64,000 bases of DNA from Felis catus (lineage: Eukaryota), in NCBI RefSeq assembly GCF_018350175.1, contig NC_058368.1:114020001-114084000 (forward strand), read 5' to 3'. A program made the translations under genes and the position numbers. The notes under the pieces were generated by a model. The model saw only the letters and a program-made list of their open reading frames with translations. It was not told the DNA's origin and made no database searches. This document shows positions 25,734-37,307 of the stretch, piece by piece. The number at the start of each line of letters is the position of its first letter. The first letter of the stretch is position 1.

Positions 25734-26898
25734 AGGCTACAGAGATAGAAGAGGAGAAGGATGCCTCCAGGTGGGCACTAAAGGAGACCATACATTCATA
25801 CAGGTCACAAGGCCAACAATAATTTAATTAAGTGCAGAAGGAAATTTAACTTTGAATACTCAGTTTACTTAGCACTACATATGGGGTTGAAAATTCCAGA
25901 TGTTGTGAAGCAAAGCAAGGGAGGTAAGAGAAGAGAGGGTAGCAAATCCAAAAAATACCACAGGCAAATTTCTGTGCCCTAAAACTATTGCTGTGATTTG
26001 GTGGTTTCAAAGTTAAACACACACAACCATATATTTCTTCTCTTTAGTAAGTTATATATCCCGAAATACCTCAAATTCCTTGTCTTCCTTCCAAATGCAA
26101 TGTTCCATTCACAAGCCACCAGATGGCAGAGAAGAGTAGAGAATAAATTCCTACATACAACAACAGCAATAACAACAACAACAACAAAAACAACAAACCA
26201 AAAAACAATTTTGCTTATACTAGGAGAAATCCAGCGCTCTAGATGGGGGGTAAATTCCAACATCTTAAAGTAGAAAAAGCACCTTACTTTTTCAAAGGCT
26301 TCCAGAGACAACAATTTCACAACTTTCACCCAAGTGATACTGGAAAAGTCTGTTAAAAATCAGGATAATATACCCAAGATTAACTCAAAATAGTTAGACA
26401 CATTCTTAAGTTCAGGGAAAATAAAAAAACAAAGAATCACTTTAGCTTAAAAAGAAGCTCTCGAAACCAAACAAAACAAAACCCACTGCCTTAGCCCTGC
26501 GTCTCCTTGAGGAAACTCAAAGGCTGTCTCCAGGTCATCTCCACTCAGCTGTCCCTCGAACACCTCAAATTCAACTTGTCCCACACGGGGAACTCACCAT
26601 CTTCCTTCCAAACTTTCTCTTCCTCTTGCGGCCTACTTCAGCTAAGAATATTATCATCGACCTGGTTGCCAAATTCAGAAACCCACAGGTCATCCCTGTT
26701 GCTTCGATAACTCTTCACTTGCAGAGAATGAGTATTTCATCATTCCTTTTTATTCATCTACTGAAGGATTTTGGAAACAACCCACAGGTTTTGCTCTTTT
26801 GGTAGTTATCCCAGAAATGACTTCATGCATATTTAGTTTATCAAAACCAAAGTTAATGAGTATCTTTACCCTATCTTCAGGTGACGTGAGGATCATTT

Positions 26899-27082
26899 AA
26901 AAGGAGGCAAACCATAAGAGACTCTTAAATACTGAGAACAAACTGAGGGTTGATGGGAGGTGGGGTGGAGGGGAAAGTGGGTGATGGACATTGAGGAGGG
27001 CACCTGTTGGGATGAGCACTGGGTGTTGTATGGAAACCAATTTGACAATAAATTTCATATAAAAATATTAAAAAATTAAAAA
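26899..27082 (+). mobile_element. Felid L1 short 3' end
   Basis: AAACCATAAGAGACTCTTAAATACTGAGAACAAACTGAGGG...GGAAACCAATTTGACAATAAA. Confidence 0.9.
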
Positions 27083-27561
27083 AGAACTTATAAAATTCAA
27101 TACCCAGAAAACAATAATCCACTAAAAAAAAAAAAAAAAAACAGGCAGAAGAAAAAAATGGGCAGAAGACATGAACATTTCTCCAAAGAAGACATACAGA
27201 TAGCCAACAAACACACGAAAAGACATTTATCATCACTTACCATCAGAAAAATGCAAATCAAAACTACAACAAGATATCACTTCATACCTGTCAAAATGGC
27301 TAAAATCAACAATACAAGAAACAACGGTACTGACAAGAATGTGGAGAAAAAAGAATACTCACGCACTATTGGTAGGAATGCAAACTGGTGAAACCACTGT
27401 GGAAAACAGTATGGAAGTGCCTCAAAAAGTTAAAAAGAGAACTAACTACCCTACGATCCTGCAATCTACTGTGTATTTACCCAAAGAAAACAAAAACACT
27501 AAATCAAGGAGATACATGCACCCCTCCATTGATTGCAGCATTATTTAAAATAGTCAAATTA

Positions 27562-27803
27562 GGGGCACCTGGGTGGCGCAGTCGGTTAAGCGTCCGACTT
27601 CAGCCAGGTCACGATCTCGCGGTCCCTGAGTTCGAGCCCCGCGTCGGGCTCTGGGCTGATGGCTCAGAGCCTGGAGCCTGTTTCCGATTCTGTGTCTCCC
27701 TCTCTCTCTGCCCCTCCCCCGTTCATGCTCTGTCTCTCTCTGTCCCAAAAATAAATAAACGTTGAAAAAAAAAATTTTTTTTTAAATAAAAATTAAAAAA
27801 AAA
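27562..27803 (+). mobile_element. Young felid Can-SINE
   Basis: Near-consensus; TSD TAAAATAGTCAAATTA. Confidence 0.97.
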
Positions 27804-27819
27804 TAAAATAGTCAAATTA

Positions 27820-28062
27820 GGGGTGCCTGGGTGGCTCAATCGGTTAAGCATCCGACTTCGGCTCAGGTCATGATCTCACGGTCTGTGAGTTCGAGCCCTG
27901 CGTCGGGCTCTGTGCTGGCCGCTCAGAGCCTGGAGCCTGTTTCAGATTCTGTGTCTCCCTCTCTCTGACCCTCCCCCGTTCATGCTCTGTCTGTCTCTCT
28001 CTGTCTCAAAAATAAAATAAATGTTAAAAAAAAAATTTTTTTTTTTTAAAAATTTTTTTTAA

Positions 28063-28098
<36 letters not shown>
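27820..28098 (+). mobile_element. Felid Can-SINE with (TAAA)n tail
   Basis: Same TSD TAAAATAGTCAAATTA on both sides. Confidence 0.97.
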
Positions 28099-28101
<3 letters not shown>

Positions 28102-28713
28102 AATAGTCAAATTATGGAACCACCCCAAGGGTCCACTGACTGATGAATAGATGAAGAGGATGAGGTACATATATACAATGGGCTATTACTCAGCCCTAAA
28201 AAAGAATGAAATCTTGCCTTTTACAACAACATAGATGGAGCAAGACAGTGTAAGAACACTAAGTAAAATAAGTCCATCAGAGAGACAAATACCATATGAT
28301 TCGGTCATATGTGAAATTTAAGAAAACAAATGTGCAAAGGGGGGAAAAAGAGAGAGAGAGAGAAATCAAGAAACAGACTTTTAATTATAGAGAACAAATT
28401 GATGGTTGCTAAGGAGAGGGGAGCAAGGGAATGGGTGAAATAGGTGATAGGGATTAAGGAGTGCATTCGTCATGATGAGCATCACATGATGTATGGAACT
28501 GTTGAATCACTATATTATACACCTGAAATTAATATAACACTATGTGAACTAACAAGAATTAAAAACTTAAAAGTAAAAATAAATTAAATTAAATCTGGGG
28601 CTCTATCACTGAATGTTTGAGTTACAAAATAATTCAAAATGTCTCTAGTCTATCCATTATGGCATGCCAGAAATATCTTCAACCATGCTTAATATTCTAA
28701 AATCTATTTTCTC

Positions 28714-28922
28714 AGTGGCTCCCAGATGGCTCAGTCAGTTAAGCATCAGACTTCAGCTCAGGTCATGATCTCATGGTCCGTGAGTTCGAGCTCAGCGTCA
28801 GGTTCTGTGCTGACAGCTCAGAGCCTGGAGCCTGCTTCGGATTCTGTGTCTCCCTCTCTCTCTGCCCCTCCCCCGTTCATGTTCTGTCTCTCTCTGTCTC
28901 AAAAATAAACATTAAAAAAAAA
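28714..28922 (+). mobile_element. Can-SINE
   Basis: Outer TSD ATCTATTTTCTC at 28702-28713 and 29161-29172. Confidence 0.93.
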
Positions 28923-29144
28923 TTTTTTTTTTAATTTTTTTTTCAACGTTTATTTATTTTTGGGACAGAGAGAGACAGAGCATGAACGGGGGAGGGGCAG
29001 AGACAGGGAGACACAGAATCGCAAACAGGCTCCAGGCTCTGAGCCATCAGCCCAGAGCCTGACGCGGGGCTCGAACTCGCGGACCGCGAGATCGTAACCT
29101 GGCTGAAGTCGGATGCTCAACCGACTGCGCCACCCAGGCGCCCC
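28923..29144 (-). mobile_element. Young felid Can-SINE inserted in the tail of the preceding SINE
   Basis: Reverse head CGACTGCGCCACCCAGGCGCCCC; lies within the outer TSD. Confidence 0.96.
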
Positions 29145-29335
29145 TAAAAAAATTTTTTTAATCTATTTTCTCAAAGCCTTCAAACACTCTCACTCTAAGG
29201 AAATAATTTATTCTAAATCTCACTTTTCAGTCTTTTGTAACAATGAGGAATAGCCTTCCTCCATCAATAACTTTTCAAATAGAGGAGAGGGCTTTTTTTT
29301 TTCCACTTTAGATATAGATGATTTAATTCATTGGC

Positions 29336-29503
29336 TTTTTTTAATATGAAATTTATTGTCAAATTGGTTTCCATACAACACCCAGGGCTCATCCCAAAAG
29401 GTGCCCTCCTCAATACCCATCACCCACCCTCCCCTCCCTCCCACCCCCCCATCAACCCTCAGTTTGTTCTCAGTTTTTAAGAGTCTCTTATGCTTTGGCT
29501 CCC
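29336..29503 (-). mobile_element. Felid L1 short 3' end
   Basis: Nearly identical to the 3' end of the L1 at about 54640-54800. Confidence 0.92.
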
Positions 29504-29579
29504 TGAGAGGGTTTTTAAAAAATTTTTATTTCAGCAGCTTATGTGCTGTCAGTTTCAAAGCGGTTTATGAAAATCCTAC

Positions 29580-29800
29580 AGCCTGCATGGTTCAGTCTGT
29601 TCAGCTTCTGACTCGATTTCAGCTCAGGCCATGATCTCATGGTTCATGAGTTCAAACCTCACTTTGGGCTCTGCACTGATACAGCAGAACCTGCTTGGGA
29701 TTCTCTCTTTCCCTCTCTCTCTTCTTCCCCTGTGCACACATACACACATGGCACGCTCTCTTTTTTTCTCTCAAAATAAACATTTTTTAAAAATATTTAA
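29580..29800 (+). mobile_element. Can-SINE (diverged)
   Basis: TTTCAGCTCAGGCCATGATCTCATGG core, CT tract. Confidence 0.88.
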
Positions 29801-31294
29801 ATCAAATTTCTGATTTTGGCAAAGCTAGTTTAAGTATCAAAATATATATGTCAGAAAATGCCACAGCTTTTCAAGACACACTCTTGTTACCTCTACAAGA
29901 GGACTAAAAGTGGTATTTTGAATACATCTTTTGAACAACTCCATCTAATGTCACTGCTGCTGCTGAGATTTCTGACTCCTCCCTTCTGACTCTTTAGTGG
30001 CCTTCATATCCTACTGGATTCCAGGCTTGATCCTCTGTGCAAAGATTTTAACTCTAAGAGCAGCTTCTGAAATGAAGCTATTCATAGTTTGGTGGATAAA
30101 TAAGCCAAGAAGGGAGAGGGGGGTGTCTGACTTGAAGAGGTGGGTCACATGGCATCTTTTGACAAAGAAGTAAACTTAGAAAAATAATCATGGAAATGAA
30201 GGAAAATGTGTACAATATGAAAAGAACAGCAAAAGAGCTAGAAATTTCTAACAGGTAAGAAACTGGGAAGCAAACCTCTAAAATGCTAAAGAAAAATCTT
30301 GCAAATGTCTTTTTGCAAATGTTCTTTTCGTGTTAAAATAATCCAATTTTAAAATGTGAAGATCATTAAAAATTAGAACTGTCATGCTTTCAGGCCTAAT
30401 TATACCAGATGTCTTCTCGCTTATGTGATCTTAAAAACAACCCCGTGGCTTTAGAATGCACCACTGTAAGAAAATTATCAAAAGAAATCACCAAATGCTA
30501 GTATTGGCACAATATGGTTTCGATTACTTTTGTTTCTGTTTGTAAATAAACTTTAAAACCTGATATATATACTTTTATTGGCAGAGTTTAGCTCTCTTTT
30601 CTCGATACATTTAATATATTGTTATTTTAAAGAATTAAAAACCTCAACACCCCTATAATGACAAACTCAGCCATTAACTTTCACAGAAAATTAAAACCAA
30701 TTCAGACAATCTATGTTGGCTTGATTTTAAAAGTAACTATTAGGCACTGGGAAATTAAATGTATACATTTTCCACTAACACTTCATATGATCTCAGGCAA
30801 CTGTCAAACTCAAGAAAAAACAGCTAAACCATTTCCAGCAGAGAAAATAAAAATATATATAATGGAAGAATGGATAAGTCAAATGTTATCCCCAATCTTA
30901 AAAGACAGCAAACATTTCTCCAACAGCCATGAAATTTTATTTTTTTGGAATGGGTGAATAGTTGAATAGAAGTCTGCATGATATAAAATAACCAGGCCAA
31001 TTACACTTTTTAAAAAGTCTGGAAAGAGTTAGCATTTGTTTCTTGATGCTTCTTGTGGTTAATATACTACTTTGTTCTTTAGGGAGAGGTCTAAGATGCA
31101 TCTTTACACAGCCTCTAGTTCTATTTGTTTTCATGGAACACAAATGATTAATTTGATTGATTTTCTTTTAAATGAAATGACCAGTAAACCAAAAAATATT
31201 GCTTTGGGTATGGTTTAGAAAGTAAAAATCTTCCTCCGAGCTTTGCTACTTACTATGCAACCACGTGCAAGTCACTGGGTCTCAGTTGCCATGA

Positions 31295-31345
31295 TTTTTT
31301 TTCAATGTTTATTTTTGAGACAGATAGTGCAAGTGGGGGAAGGGC

Positions 31346-31411
<66 letters not shown>

Positions 31412-31540
31412 GCAGGTTCCAGGTTCCAGGCCCAGAGCTGTGAGAACAGAACCCAATGAGGGGCTCGAACCCATGAACCGCCAGAGAGATCATGACCTGA
31501 GCCAGTCAGATGCTTAACTGACTGAGCCACTCAGTTGCCC
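31295..31540 (-). mobile_element. Can-SINE with long (GA)n
   Basis: Reverse head; (GA)n at 31351-31403. Confidence 0.93.
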
Positions 31541-32293
31541 CTCAACTGCAATGATTTTAAATCAGAATTAAAGTATCATTCCTATCTAGAGTACAGAACT
31601 CCTATAGAGATCAAGTAAGATAGCCCACTTTGTCAACACTTAAATTCTTGAATAAATTAATGAATGGGGTAGTACTTTAAAATCATCAAGCCCTAAACAA
31701 GTGTGAGACATTATTTACATCAATATAGCTGCAGAATCTGTATTCCTAGAGGTTTAAGGAAAAGGAGAAAGAGTTCTATTGGTGGGGAGGGGATGCTTGC
31801 AGTGTGGCCCTGACCTATCCCGGACCTTCACATAAACACTTTGACTAAGGCCACAGACTCCCTGAAGATACATTAAGGAAAATGTTTTAATGTAAAAGAA
31901 ACAGAAAATGTTCTACTCATTTGCTTTTAAAATTAACAACAAGAAAAATAAAAATCTATTCAAGAAATAAAACAGGAGGCAGCAGAAAACAGTGGAAAGA
32001 GCATGCAAATCTGAGAGCCAGAAGACGGGTTCTGGTCCCTGTTTTACCAGTAATTAACTGCAAAGGTGCAACATGGGTCAAATGAGAGGGGTATATTAGA
32101 ACGCCTGTAGAGTCTCTTTCCGGCCAAGACACCAACAGCACCAAATGAAATATAACAGATAACCTAAACTATGCTTTAACTTTTCTGTGTTATGGACCAG
32201 TAAAGGAAAGGGGAAACAGAGAAGACAATGCAGTAGGGAGAAAGAGGAAAACAATGAAATATAAGGAGAAAAGGGGTGCGCATGCACATGGGT

Positions 32294-32296
<3 letters not shown>

Positions 32297-32332
<36 letters not shown>

Positions 32333-32340
32333 CACACACA
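32297..32340. repeat. (CA)n microsatellite
   Basis: About 22 units, one interruption. Confidence 0.97.
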
Positions 32341-33519
32341 AATTCTACCCTCAAACCCCCACCAAAAAAAGAGTTGTATGAACAGAGAAAGACACACTAA
32401 TAAAACATAAAAATAAAAAACCATTTAAATACAGAAATAAATGTGCAGAGACTGTGGAGAATAACCATTAAACAAAAAACTATCCAAAATGTGTAACATT
32501 GTACTTTTGCATTAAAAGGCATACAGAGAGCCAGTTCAAGGCATATGCTTCATGAGTTAAGTACAGTTATGTTGGAGGTTGAAGATTACCTACCTCTGCT
32601 ATATCTTACTCATATTTTTGGGCAATGTGTGACTTGGTAATTTCAGATCTCACATCTCCAGGTCATTTCCAACTAAACAAGCCAAAGATGAACTTCCCTA
32701 AAATAGAAATGTATCTCAAGAATTTTTTTATGAATCAGAGCTTAGCATTATTTTGCTTCCAGATATGTAGGATTTAAATACTTCAACCTAAGAGTTACCA
32801 ATTATGTAAAGTACAAACCCCACATGGCCATTTAACATTCACACTGAGGATTTTCCTGTTAATCTTCTCTGTCTATTGTAGAGAGCACTGGATAATGTAA
32901 CTCCAGCACTCCCCTTTGAATTCCTCCCACATGAGGCCCATCTGACCTTCTGGCTTTTTTGAGCTTCAAGCCTCTATAGGAATTTATAGACTGGGGAGTT
33001 GATTTGTACTTTGCTACTAGTCAACACAGAGGAGAGTAGAGGGGTCTCTACAAAGCTTCAGACCAGCTGTTGCAAGGTGGTGAGTAATCCCCATTCACTC
33101 AGCCCAGACAACCCAGATCAACTAGAACATAGGAAACACAAGGGTTCCCTATGTACATTCCCTTCTCTGTCACCAATATGCTAGAACTCTAAAAAATTGT
33201 GTACATTTTCACATTTGTAGAGGAAACTATTATTCAGACCTATCTCTGAAGGAGTCATAGGAAGCTGTTCTTTCTTGTAGACAGTAAGAACTGGGAAGAA
33301 AACAAGCACAAGATTTTGCTGGTTTTGTGTGGCTTTAGCTAAGCTCTTAGACCTTTCTACAGTTTGATTTCTGTCTCTGAAATGGAAGTATAACAATCTG
33401 ACCTCTTTCCAGCAAACGTGTTATTGGAGAAATAAATAGTGCAGCAGAAAGAAAAGCACTTATAGCTTTCTGGAGGATGGGGGTTAGATCAATTCAGTGT
33501 GAAACATTCAACAAGTATA

Positions 33520-33755
33520 ATAGTGATAACAATAACGAGCATATGAATTTGCACAGTGTTTAACAGTTTATAGGACATTTTAAATATATGATCTCATTGG
33601 CCCTTAAACCAAGGTGTGTGAAATAGGGAGGCCATTTTTTAAGTTTCATCTAGCAGATAAAGAAATTGAAGCCCAGAGGAGGAGAGTGACATGCTCAAGA
33701 TCAAAGAGATGGTTAGCAGTAGAACGTTCCTCCTGATAGAAAGTCTGGTGCTCAC
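33520..33755 (-). mobile_element. MIR SINE
   Basis: CAGATAAAGAAATTGAAGCCCAGAG..GTGACATGCTCAAGATCA core-like motif. Confidence 0.7.
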
Positions 33756-34096
33756 TCTAGCATACCTACCTATATATGAAGTTATTGCCTACTTCTTTTT
33801 CATTCCTTTCCTCCTCCAAGTAAAGCTTGCTTAGTAGGAGGTCTCTTAATCAAAATGTTCTATTTCTCATTTATGGTTCTAATTCACTGTCACAAAGAAC
33901 TTAAATCTGCTTTGACATTCCTCGTTAGCCAATATCTGTGAACTCTAGGTCTGCTGAATGCCTGAATCAGCTAACCCCTAAACCATTTTGAATACCACTA
34001 TTTATAATTTTTGCTATCTCTACTCATTACCACATCACATCTGAGCCACAAATCATTAGTTCCTTGGGTCTTGCTTTACAAACTATATTATCTTCC

Positions 34097-34313
34097 GGGG
34101 CGCCTGGGTGGCGCAGTCGGTCAAGCGTCCGACTTCAGCCAGGTCACGATCTCGCGGTCCGGGAGTTCGAGCCCCGCGTCAGGCTCTGGGCTGATGGCTC
34201 AGAGCCTGGAGCCTGTTTCCGATTCTGTGTCTCCCTCTCTCTCTGCTCCTCCCCCGTTCATGCTCTGTCTCTCTCTGTCCCCAAAATAAATAAACATTGA
34301 AAAAAAAAAAAAA
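34097..34313 (+). mobile_element. Young felid Can-SINE
   Basis: TSD ACAAACTATATTATCTT at 34078-34094 and about 34314-34331. Confidence 0.97.
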
Positions 34314-35109
34314 ACAAACTATATTATCTTTATCAACAGTTTGTATTCATCTGTGGTATTTTTATGGTGTTCCTTATTGTACTATCTACTGTTGAAACCA
34401 TTACAGATATAACAAATATTCTTAAGGTTGTTTCTTTCCAATAAGAATCTGTCAAGGCTTTGAACTCAGAGAGGATGTGAGAGCAGGCCAGGGTAATTTC
34501 AAACAGCAAACAAACATCTGTTCTCTTTTATTCCTATTGCTCAGCTTCCTTTATCAATATTATTTATGTTTTTTCCTCAAATTCCTAAAGAATAAACCAA
34601 GATGAGGGGTATTTTTTTCCCTTTGCCCTCCTTCAGTGTGTCCTCTTTGAGCTAGAAATCTCAGCCCTTAAAAAGGTGGGGAGTACATCATGCCTGTATA
34701 TTCTGGTCTGAATAATTCCACAGAATACAACCACCCTAAGCCATGCTGAACCACTGAATCAGGGCCCCGCTTGCCTCTCGAAGTCAGAAGAAGGGATCCA
34801 GAGGAAGGGATAACTGGACAAATGCTTTCTAAATAAAGTAACTCTATGGAGGAGCTCACTAGGCAATGGATACCTTGCCAGAATCTGAACATCATACCCA
34901 GGAACTGCCTGTGCAGAGCATGGCTTCAGCCCCAGAGAATGTAAGTAGTACAAAAAGGAGACAGCATATGCTATTCCATAGCAGGCATGATCTATGATTC
35001 TAGCCTCCAGACTAAAGGGCAGTGGACTAACTCTGGGCAGTGGAGCTGACAAATTTTATTCAGTACACACATACTGAACACTATTATATGTTGAGGCTGA
35101 GAGATAAAT

Positions 35110-35270
35110 TCAGTTGATCTCATTCAATCCTCACAACAACTCACACTGTTTATTCCCATTTTACAGATAAGAAAACTCAGCATGAAGGGTAACTGATTGT
35201 GTCAAAGTCATATGGACACCAAATGGTGATGCTACAATTGAAATTCAACCCAAACATGGTACTGTGACCT
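35110..35270 (-). mobile_element. MIR SINE
   Basis: TCTCATTCAATCCTCACAACAAC...CCCATTTTACAGATAAGAAAACT core. Confidence 0.8.
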
Positions 35271-35284
35271 CCACAGCACATGCA

Positions 35285-35290
35285 CGCGCG

Positions 35291-35343
<53 letters not shown>

Positions 35344-35345
35344 CA
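35285..35345. repeat. (CG)/(CA)n microsatellite
   Basis: Alternating purine-pyrimidine run about 0.9 kb upstream of the NPY6R start. Confidence 0.97.
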
Positions 35346-35475
35346 CAGGAGTACCAGGAATGGAAACACATTTGGGCTCCCTTACCTAGTTAATAAAATG
35401 CTATCTATCTTACATAGCTAATAGAATGCTATCACATTTTCTTCCTTATTAGCTCTAAAGACTATATTGATGGGT

Positions 35476-35693
35476 GGGGCAACTGGGTGGCTTAGTCAGT
35501 TAAGCATCCAACTCTTGATCTCAGCTCAGGTCACGATGGCACAGTTCGTGAGTTCATGCCCCATGTCAGCCTACATACTGTCACTATGGAGCCTGCTTGG
35601 GATTTTCTCTCTGTCGCTCTGTCCCTCCCCTGCTTGCATGTTCATTCTCTCTCCCCACCCTCTCAGAATAAATAAACTTAAATTAAAAAAAAA
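35476..35693 (+). mobile_element. Can-SINE
   Basis: Outer TSD ACTATA(T/C)TGATGG at 35461-35473 and 35927-35939. Confidence 0.92.
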
Positions 35694-35699
35694 ATACTA

Positions 35700-35922
35700 G
35701 GGGCACCTGGGCGGCTCAGTCGGTTGGGCATCCGACTTCAGCTCAGGTCATGATCTCATGGTTTGTGGGTTCAAGCCCCACATTGGGCTCTGTGCTGACA
35801 GCTCAGAGCCTGGAGTCTGCTTCAGATTCTGTGTCTCTTTTTCTCTCTGCCCCTCCCCCACTTGTGCTCTGTCTCTCTCTGCCTCTCAAAAATAAATAAA
35901 TGTAAAAAAAGAAATTAAAAAA
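35700..35922 (+). mobile_element. Can-SINE inserted at the tail/TSD junction of the preceding SINE
   Basis: Full head, CT tract, tail; AATACTA on both sides. Confidence 0.94.
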
Positions 35923-36029
35923 CAATACTATACTGATGGAACAAATCAAGCACCCTGAGATGAGAAGAAGGGCAAGGACTGAGAGGCCAGACCCATCTCT
36001 CTATGTCCTCTCAGGTTGTTAAGAACTTG

Positions 36030-36062
36030 CACTAATATTCGGGGTTCTGTTTCATTTTTTAG
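36030..36062 (+). promoter_or_regulatory. Candidate branch point, polypyrimidine tract and 3' splice acceptor of the NPY6R coding exon
   Basis: CACTAAT (36030-36036), TTCTGTTTCATTTTTT, AG at 36061-36062, 168 nt before the ATG. Confidence 0.55.
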
Positions 36063-36229
36063 ATCTAAGGAGGATATTCAAGTCATTGGTGCATTTTCAT
36101 GGAGCACATGTAAAGATCAAGGAAGATTAAACCCTACTAATTACTCACTGGAAGCCTCAGAGCCAAGTACTTCCCAAGAAATCATGGTCAAAATAAGCTA
36201 ACAAAAGGTCTTCTTACAACCCTAACATA

Positions 36230-37307
36230 ATGGAACTTTTTCTAAACTATCCAGCATCTAATAAAACCAATGCAGAAAGCAACAACTCTGCATTTTTTCT
36301 ACTTTGAGGCCTCTCGGCTTCCTTCTCTAGCCTTGCTCCTATTCCTCATAGCCTATACTGTTGTCTTAATAGTGGGCCTTTTTGGAAACTTTTCTCTTAT
36401 CTCTATCATCGTTAAGAAGCAGAGAAAATCTCAAAACGTCATCAGTATACTGACTGCCAATCTGTCCTTCTCTGGCATCTTGGTGTGTGTCATGTGCATC
36501 CCTTTTACTGCCATGTACACTCTGATGGACTACTGGATATTTGGGGATGCCATGTGCAAGCTCAGCTCTTATGTGCAGGGTGTCTCCGTCTCTGTGTCCA
36601 TATTCTCACAGGTGTTAATTACTGTTGAAAGGTAACAGCTGATTGTAAATCCCTATGACTAGAAACCCAGTGTATCTCATGTCTACTGGGATATCACAGT
36701 GATTTGGCTGTTTTCTCTTCTTCCTGTACTATCACCTCCCAGATGAGCCTTTTAAGAGCCTCTCTCCCCACTGACCTCTACATCCATGGTGCAGCCTATA
36801 TAGAGAACTGGCCCTCCAAAATAAACCAGCTCCTCTTCACCACTTTAATGTTTATGGTCCAAAATCACATCCCTCTGAGCTTCATCCTCATCTACTACTT
36901 GAAGATTGTTACTTGCCTCCACAGGAGAAATGAGAAGGAAGACAGAAAAGAGGCAAAGCGACAGTCAGCTCAATGAAAACAAAAGGAGGTGACCTTTAGG
37001 GCCTGCTGGTTGGCCTTGAACATCTTCAATGTTATTTTTGACTGGTATCACGAGGTGCTGATGAGCTGTCACCAGGACCTAGTATTTGCAGTCTGTCTGC
37101 CACTTGATTGCTCTGATTTCTACATGCATAAATACTCTATTTTCTGGATTTCTCAACAAAGCTTTCCAGAAGGATCTGGGAGTGCTTATTCACCACTGCT
37201 GGTGCTTTGCACCTCGGGAAAGATATGAAAATACTGCCATCTCCACTATGCACATCAATGAATCCAAGGCATCATTAAGATTGGCTCTTGCATCAACAGG
37301 TATATAA
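36230..37307 (+). pseudogene. NPY6R: Neuropeptide Y receptor Y6 pseudogene (class A GPCR), multiple stops and frameshifts
   Basis: Stitched frames give MELFLNYPASNKT..NNSAFF/YFE..IAYTVVLIVGLFGNFSLI..VCVMCIPFT..MDYWIFGDAMCKLSSYVQ..VER*QLIVNP..ENWPS..LNENKR..ACWL.LNIFNVIFDWYHEVLMSCH..GFLNK.FQKDL..ERYEN..ISTMH..SLRLA..TGI*, matching my recollection of Y6 rather than Y1 or Y4; no intron in coding region. Confidence 0.93.

Larger units (their letters stand above)
27083..28595 (+). mobile_element. Carnivore L1 ORF2 end and 3' UTR, interrupted by two SINEs
   Basis: [24 protein letters not shown] remnant; 3' UTR motifs. Confidence 0.9.

Noticed and set aside
36270..36635. 121-aa ORF as a functional truncated 3-TM receptor
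   Set aside because: Starts at an out-of-frame ATG joined by a frameshift, lacks the TM2 Asp, and shows no sign of selection.
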